Assembly (NCBI GenBank): GCA_951406725.2
Contig: OX597819.1
Coordinates: 68,386,001 to 68,450,000 of the forward strand
Origin: Octopus vulgaris
Taxonomy: Eukaryota
Direction: 5' to 3'
Length of the DNA stretch: 64,000 nucleotides
Shown: piece after piece, positions 57,551 through 64,000 of the stretch
Position numbering within the stretch: the stretch's first letter is position 1
How the letters are laid out: each line of letters begins with the position of its first letter
Made by a program: the position numbers and the translations under genes
The notes under the pieces: model-generated
The model's input: the letters and a program-made list of their open reading frames with translations, nothing else
The model's database searches: none
What the model was told of the DNA's origin: nothing

Positions 57551-57581
<31 letters not shown>

Positions 57582-57680
57582 CACGCATACATATATATAC
57601 ATGTGTGCACATACATACATATACACACATACATACACATACACATACACATGTGTACCTATACATACCTACACATACAC

Positions 57681-57715
<35 letters not shown>

Positions 57716-58110
57716 CAATCCAATACAGGCCCATTCCCTAATTTTAATTTTATTATCTTCATTTATTACTTTTGTTATCTTTGATCGCTAGAGCTAAGGA
57801 TCCTGGCTATGGCAGCATGTCCATTTGTCTGTCTACTAGAAGGCAAGTACTCATTCCCGCACGCACACTCATTAGCACGTACATTCACCCATTCGTACAC
57901 TCATACACATACACGTACGCACGCGTTATATTCATACATACAAACATCTACATACGTTCACGTATATACACATACGTACTCGTACCTACAGATTCGTGTC
58001 TACACTTTAGGAGGCTAGTCTATACATATACACCAATAAATATACATATATATATATATACACATATACATACACACACACACATATACTCCTACATACA
58101 GATACATACC

Positions 58111-58160
<50 letters not shown>

Positions 58161-58366
58161 AACAAACACAGACACACAGACATATACACACACAAACAAA
58201 CACATATATATACAAACACAAACATATATACACACATATATATATATATATATACACACATACACACACATACATACATATACACACAAACACATACATA
58301 CGTATACATACATACATACATCCATACATCCATACTTACATGCATTTATACGCATACCCACACCCA

Positions 58367-58407
<41 letters not shown>

Positions 58408-58684
58408 TCACACATACATATACAAATATACGCACACACATACATACATACACGTATACACATACACGCACATACACATATACATGCGTACCCATACACG
58501 TGCACACACGCACGCGCATCCATATATATACACACACACACATACATACACGTGTGCAAGCATACATACATACTCATACACGCACACATACTTACATATA
58601 CATATATGCACACACTTACACACATATATACATACACATATACATGCATACATACATATATGCATACATACACACACGCACTCA

Positions 58685-58740
<56 letters not shown>

Positions 58741-58903
58741 TACACATACACATACATACACATATACATATACATACACATACACATACATACATATATA
58801 TACACATATATACACATATACACATACATATATACACATATACATACATATACATACACACACACATACATATATACATATACACTGATACACATACCCA
58901 TAC

Positions 58904-58934
<31 letters not shown>

Positions 58935-59017
58935 TATACACATGCATATACTTATATCTCTACATACTCACATATAAACATATATACATATACACACACA
59001 TATATATACATGTACAT

Positions 59018-59058
<41 letters not shown>

Positions 59059-59067
59059 TATATACCC

Positions 59068-59098
<31 letters not shown>

Positions 59099-59769
59099 TA
59101 CATATACACATATACATGCATACATACGCAATAATGATACACATATATACACATACACACACACAGACAGATGCATATACATACATATATATATAAATAT
59201 CATATCTATATAAATACATACATAATACACATATACACACACACATATATATACATGCATATACATATATAAATATACATACACATACATACACACACAC
59301 GCACACACATACACATACACACACACATATACAAGTACATACATATACACACACACATATACAAATACATACATACACACATACACACACACACATATAT
59401 ATATACATACATGCACACATATACATACATATATATCAACAAGGGAGGGTAAAGTTAATTAGTTATTAATCAATTTCACCAAGTATTCAGTATGTAAAGG
59501 GACCATTATTATTTTGAGTAAACAATGTTAGAGGGAAAAAATTCTCTAAGTAGTGGAAGAGGCTAAAAAACTTTATTGGCTGCTATTTCTAGAAAGTTTA
59601 GTATGTGGCAAAGTAATTTATTTTATTTTACTAAGCCCTAATTATATAATATTTTATACACACATACACATACATAAACACATACATTTACACATACACA
59701 TGCATATACATATATACACATATACATACAAACACATATACATATATACACACACACACACATACAAGC

Positions 59770-59810
<41 letters not shown>

Positions 59811-60039
59811 AATATATATACATATATATATATTCTTACATGCATACATACACACACACACACATAATACATGCGTATATTCCTACTGTACCCATGCATT
59901 TCTATACATATATACATACATACGATACACATATACAAGCGTGCACATACAATATGTGAAAGGTCTTAGGAGAAAAGGTAATCGGGGGTGCTAGGGGAAC
60001 AGTGGGGTTGGAGGGGGGTTGTAGGGGGGGGGGTTGTCA

Positions 60040-60385
60040 TCAATCAGGTTGCCGGGTAGGTCTATAGTTCTTGTAGTTCGCATACTTCTTATGCATGCAA
60101 TTTGGGGAGTGTTCTGAAAATTTGTTAAGGAGAGGGCCTTTGGCGAACAAGATCTCTAGGCTCTCTGATATGCATAGGTCACAGCAGGTATGTCCTCCTG
60201 TGTACGAGCGCGCCTTCTGTAGTAGTTTCCACTTGGTCTTGAAGGGGATTGAGTTCCTTTTAAGGTACCAGATGTGGGCGGCGAGGGTAGTTTGGTTGGA
60301 TTTATCCTGTCGCCGGAACGAGTGTGTATGTGCGTACCAGCGGGTCTTAAAGCTGTTTGACGTCATTCCAATGTAGGATTTCCAA
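60040..60385 (-). pseudogene. PLE C-terminal GIY-YIG endonuclease fragment (Hydra-clade-like)
   Basis: SYIGMTSNSFKTRW..H..SF...NQTTLAAHIW.LK...W.LL..A..Y...CDLC..E..IL...LLN..E...CMH. Confidence 0.85.
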
Positions 60386-60412
60386 TGTATGCTAATACAA
60401 TTCTTGTTAAAT

Positions 60413-60463
60413 AGCTTCCTGAAGATTTCTCTTGAATGAAACAGTACTAGTCCTGTAGAAGCT
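60413..60463 (+). ncRNA. Type I hammerhead ribozyme
   Basis: AGCTTC-CTGAAGA-TTTCTCTTGAAT-GAAA-CAG-TACTAGTC-CTG-TA-GAAGCT. Stem I is 6 bp, stem III is 4 bp with palindromic ACTAGT in the loop, the site is GUA, and stem II is weak. Confidence 0.8.
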
Positions 60464-60688
60464 CCTTCTATATAATAAATTAATTTTACTCTGCTATGTA
60501 TTGAGTACCTTACTTACTGTGGTTAACCCCGAATCAACCCGGGACCTACATATATATATATATATATATATATATACGTTTAAATATTTGTTGTGCAAGA
60601 TTTTTTATGTGAAGTCGTGTGTTGAAACAGATATTGTTATATTTCGGAATGGTCATATAGCAATTACAGAATCTCCTACTTCCTCTCA

Positions 60689-62460
60689 ATGATCATACGC
60701 CCTATAATCAGGATGTCACCTGATGTGTGTGACAGCACAGAAGATCTCCTAAGCAGGATCAGTGACTGTAACAAAACTTGTGACTTGACAGGATGTATAG
60801 TAGGTAGCATGGATGTGGTATCCCTATACCCATCGATTGACGTAGATTTTGCAGTGGAGAAGTGCGTGGAGATGATCAACGAGAGCCAGGTGGAGTTCTG
60901 TAATGTCGACACAGAAGAACTGGGCCTCCTACTTAGACTGACATATAATAGTGAATACTTAGATAAACATAATCTTAGTAGTTTCTGCCCCAGTAGATGT
61001 TTAAGAGGTAGACCGCTTACAATTACTTCCATGGCTAGGAAGACACATATAGAAAGATGGCGCGGATGGACCAGAGCCATACGGAGCCCCGCAAATGTCC
61101 ATCAGGTAAAGAAAATGATCGCACATGCAATAGGAGCTAGTATAAGAGTTACCCTAAAAGGCCACACATTTAAATTTAATAATAAAATATATGCCCAGGA
61201 CGAGGGGGCAGCCATCGGTGTTAGTATCGCTGGTGATGTGGCCAACCTTTTCATGGTATGGTGGGACAGAAGGCTTAAAGAATGCCTACTGCAGAAATCC
61301 ATACTCGTAAACATGTACTCTCGCTATGTTGATGATATCAATATAGTAGTAAAGGCACCCCCACAAGAGAGTAATGTTGATATAGTAATAGAAACCAATA
61401 CTATGGAGAGCATCCAGCAAATAGCTAACTCCATCCACCAGAGTATTAAGGTCACAATAGACTACCCCACTAAACACCCCAACCATAGACTACCAGTACT
61501 AGACACTGAACTCTGGCTAGAAATTGTGAAAAATAAAACCCAAATCCTTCATTCATACTATGCAAAACCTATGGCCTCAAAATACCTGATCCACCGGAAC
61601 TCAGCCATTGCGGGCAATGCCAAATTCAATATTTTGATGGCAGACCTCGTCAGAATAATGAGAAATGTGTCACGCATGTGCGAGCCTACAGAATTAAAGA
61701 AACACATACAGTATTTCATTCACCGCATGCAGTTCTCAGGTTACAGCCATAAAGAAAGGATCAGAGTATACAAAGGAGCCATGAAGAAATTTGATAATAT
61801 ATTATGTAATGATAGGAATGGGATTTGCCCACTCTATAGGAACAAGTCATGGAACACTATAGAAAGGACAAAAAGAAAATAGGGAAGGCCAACTCTTGGT
61901 ATGATAGCCATAAATACCAGAGTGTCATGTTCGTTGACACCACCCCTGGAGGTGAACTGGCGTACCGCTTTAGAAGGACCCTAGATAAACTTAAACTAAG
62001 AATTAAGGTTGTTGAAAAGCCAGGCAACCCTATCAGATCTATAATTGGTAGAACCTATCCTTTTAGTAGAACTCTCTGTACGGATAACTATTGCACTGTA
62101 TGTAGATTTAGCCCACAAACAAACTGTAAAGCCAGAAATGTGGTCTATAGTATAAGATGTATAGAGGGATGATGCAGTAACAAGACAGTAACATACGTAG
62201 GGGAAACAGCAAGAAGCATTGGAGAGCGGGTGAATGAACATTGGAGACAACTCAAGGAAGGTAAAAGCTCATCGATTCTGTGCCAACACGCCGAACAAGA
62301 ACACGGGGGATCAATCAATAACATAGAGATTAAGATATTGTCCACACATAGAACAGATGCAACAATTAGACAAATTACAGAAGCTACACATATAATAGAA
62401 AATAAACCTAGCCTGAATAGAAAACTAGAATGGAGCAATAGCACACACCACAACATATGA
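60689..62460 (+). pseudogene. PLE reverse transcriptase plus GIY-YIG endonuclease (5'-truncated; one -1 frameshift near 61870 and one in-frame TGA at 62170)
   Basis: RT motifs are SMDVVSLYPSI, YAQDEGAAIG...ANLFM, YSRYVDD, LPVLD and YAKP...IH.NSA. Endonuclease motifs are NVVYSIRC...YVGETARS...R..EH...H...H...R.I.EA..I...P.LNRK.EW. Confidence 0.9.
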
Positions 62461-62584
62461 CGATAGTGGATCCGGCAAACATAATAAATACACAGATAAT
62501 TAAAGAAATAGAAATGAATAACTATATATATGTATATGTGTATATATATATATATGTATATGTGTATATATGTGTGTATATATG

Positions 62585-62625
<41 letters not shown>

Positions 62626-62949
62626 TTTCGATTAGATTTATTATTATTATTATTACTAATATTGTTGTTATACATACATACAAGCATATGTAATGATAAT
62701 AATGGGTGGATGTAAACACATGAACAAAATTAGAACAAAAGCAACAACAACAAAAACAAAATACAAATTACAAGAATGTATATAACCAGAAGATACAAAT
62801 ATTACAGGCATCCCCCCCCACACACACACTAAATAAACATAGACGCAAATAGAGATATAAGCATGCGCAAATGAAGACATACAATAGAAATACAAAATGG
62901 CTGACGGTTAGTAAGGAGAGACACAAGTAAGTGAGAAGAAAACAAAGGA

Positions 62950-62989
62950 CCACTGATGCGGTCACAGGAGTGTGACGAAAGAACTTTGG
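62950..62989 (+). ncRNA. Variant minimal hammerhead-like motif
   Basis: CCA-CTGATGCG-GTCAC-AGGAGT-GTGAC-GAAA-GAAC-TT-TGG. Stems I and II pair, but the core has C in place of A9. Confidence 0.55.
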
Positions 62990-63105
62990 CTGAAAAAAGA
63001 TTAAGATTAATGTAAAAAATAAATATCACTGAAGCAAAATAACACCAAATATATAGTGCGTGTGTTTTTATTGGCTAAACTGGCAATATGACCATTCCGA
63101 AATAT

Positions 63106-63154
<49 letters not shown>

Positions 63155-63157
63155 ATA

Positions 63158-63224
<67 letters not shown>

Positions 63225-63364
63225 TTATACATACATACACATTTACATATACATTACGCGCGTGGGAATACATGTGTGTTTATGACAGCAGATTTTCAGA
63301 CGATGCACCTAATATCCATTCAAGTGTAATTGTAAACATGTGACATTTGCAATTACGCCTGTAT

Positions 63365-63380
63365 GTATATACACCATCCG

Positions 63381-63414
<34 letters not shown>

Positions 63415-63478
63415 AAAGCCCAATGCCTGAATGTTGTATTTTCGTTAGAGCTCTCTAGTCAGCGGATGGTGTATATAC
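63365..63478. repeat. Perfect 20-bp inverted repeat
   Basis: GTATATACACCATCCGCTGA (63365-63384) and TCAGCGGATGGTGTATATAC (63459-63478). Confidence 0.85.
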
Positions 63479-64000
63479 CTCATCAATTAAATATGATTTA
63501 CCACCTTCACGCACATACTGGCATCCCAAGAGTCAGATATACGTCTAAATGTATTTAGACATATATCTTGCTTATTACATTCTTATAAGAATTTAGACAT
63601 ATATCTGTACTTATTACATTCATACAAGCATTCTCACACTGATTGATATGACAGAAGGATTTAACGAAGGTCTTCTTTAACAAATCAACTAACGAAGTGC
63701 ATTTTACACTTTGGAGGCATAACGATATCTACATACGGTCTCGCCGAATTGCGACGGATGTAACGGTGTGGAAACAATTGTAGTGATTTTAGATAAAGTA
63801 TGTCGTTCCATTTCATATCATTTATATATTTCGCTCTGGGATGCAGCGTTTAGAGCAAACAGTGCGTTTCATTGCTTCGGAGAATGCCAAAACAAACTAC
63901 CCCGATGTAAACAACATTGAATCTCTTGTATTTCTCGTGATAATGCACCAAGAAGAATAAGTTTCAATCTATAGAAAAGAAATAACGGAATATCAAATAT

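Larger units (their letters stand above)
56693..60548 (-). mobile_element. 5'-truncated Penelope-like element with inverted pseudo-LTR and a ~3.2-kb microsatellite-rich 3' region
   Basis: Perfect 92-bp inverted repeat (56693-56784 / 60389-60480) with an HHR in each arm, a GIY-YIG ORF fragment on the minus strand, and (TA)n on both flanks. Confidence 0.8.
60579..63112 (+). mobile_element. Penelope-like element with near-complete RT and GIY-YIG, inverted 5' pseudo-LTR fragment and 3' pseudo-LTR
   Basis: 60632-60663 is inverted relative to 63083-63112. It contains an RT/endonuclease coding region and an HHR-like motif at 62950-62989, and (TA)n flanks both ends. Confidence 0.9.

Noticed and set aside
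57772-58977. 401-aa ORF and overlapping long H/T/Y/I-rich ORFs
   Set aside because: These are translations of a CA/TA microsatellite mosaic, which lacks stop codons by composition.

Overview
AT-rich, microsatellite-saturated eukaryotic (animal) DNA with no supportable host protein-coding gene. Nearly all ORFs in the track are translations of (TA)n/(CA)n/(TATC)n/(ATT)n repeats. The SINE families and repeat landscape look like an octopus/cephalopod genome (inference). The window is mostly decayed transposons: at least four tRNA-derived SINE families, four Penelope-like retroelements (PLEs, one with near-complete RT plus GIY-YIG), an R4/Dong-type non-LTR element next to (TAA)n, RTE 3' fragments, Tc1/mariner-type elements, a non-autonomous Helitron and a tRNA-Gly pseudogene. 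The clearest hidden signal is about 12 minimal type I hammerhead-ribozyme (HHR) motifs, read by eye on both strands. They lie in PLE pseudo-LTRs (including inverted pairs), in short non-coding elements between (TA)n tracts, and in one case directly downstream of a tRNA-like Pol III promoter. All family and clade names come from motif recognition, not database searches.
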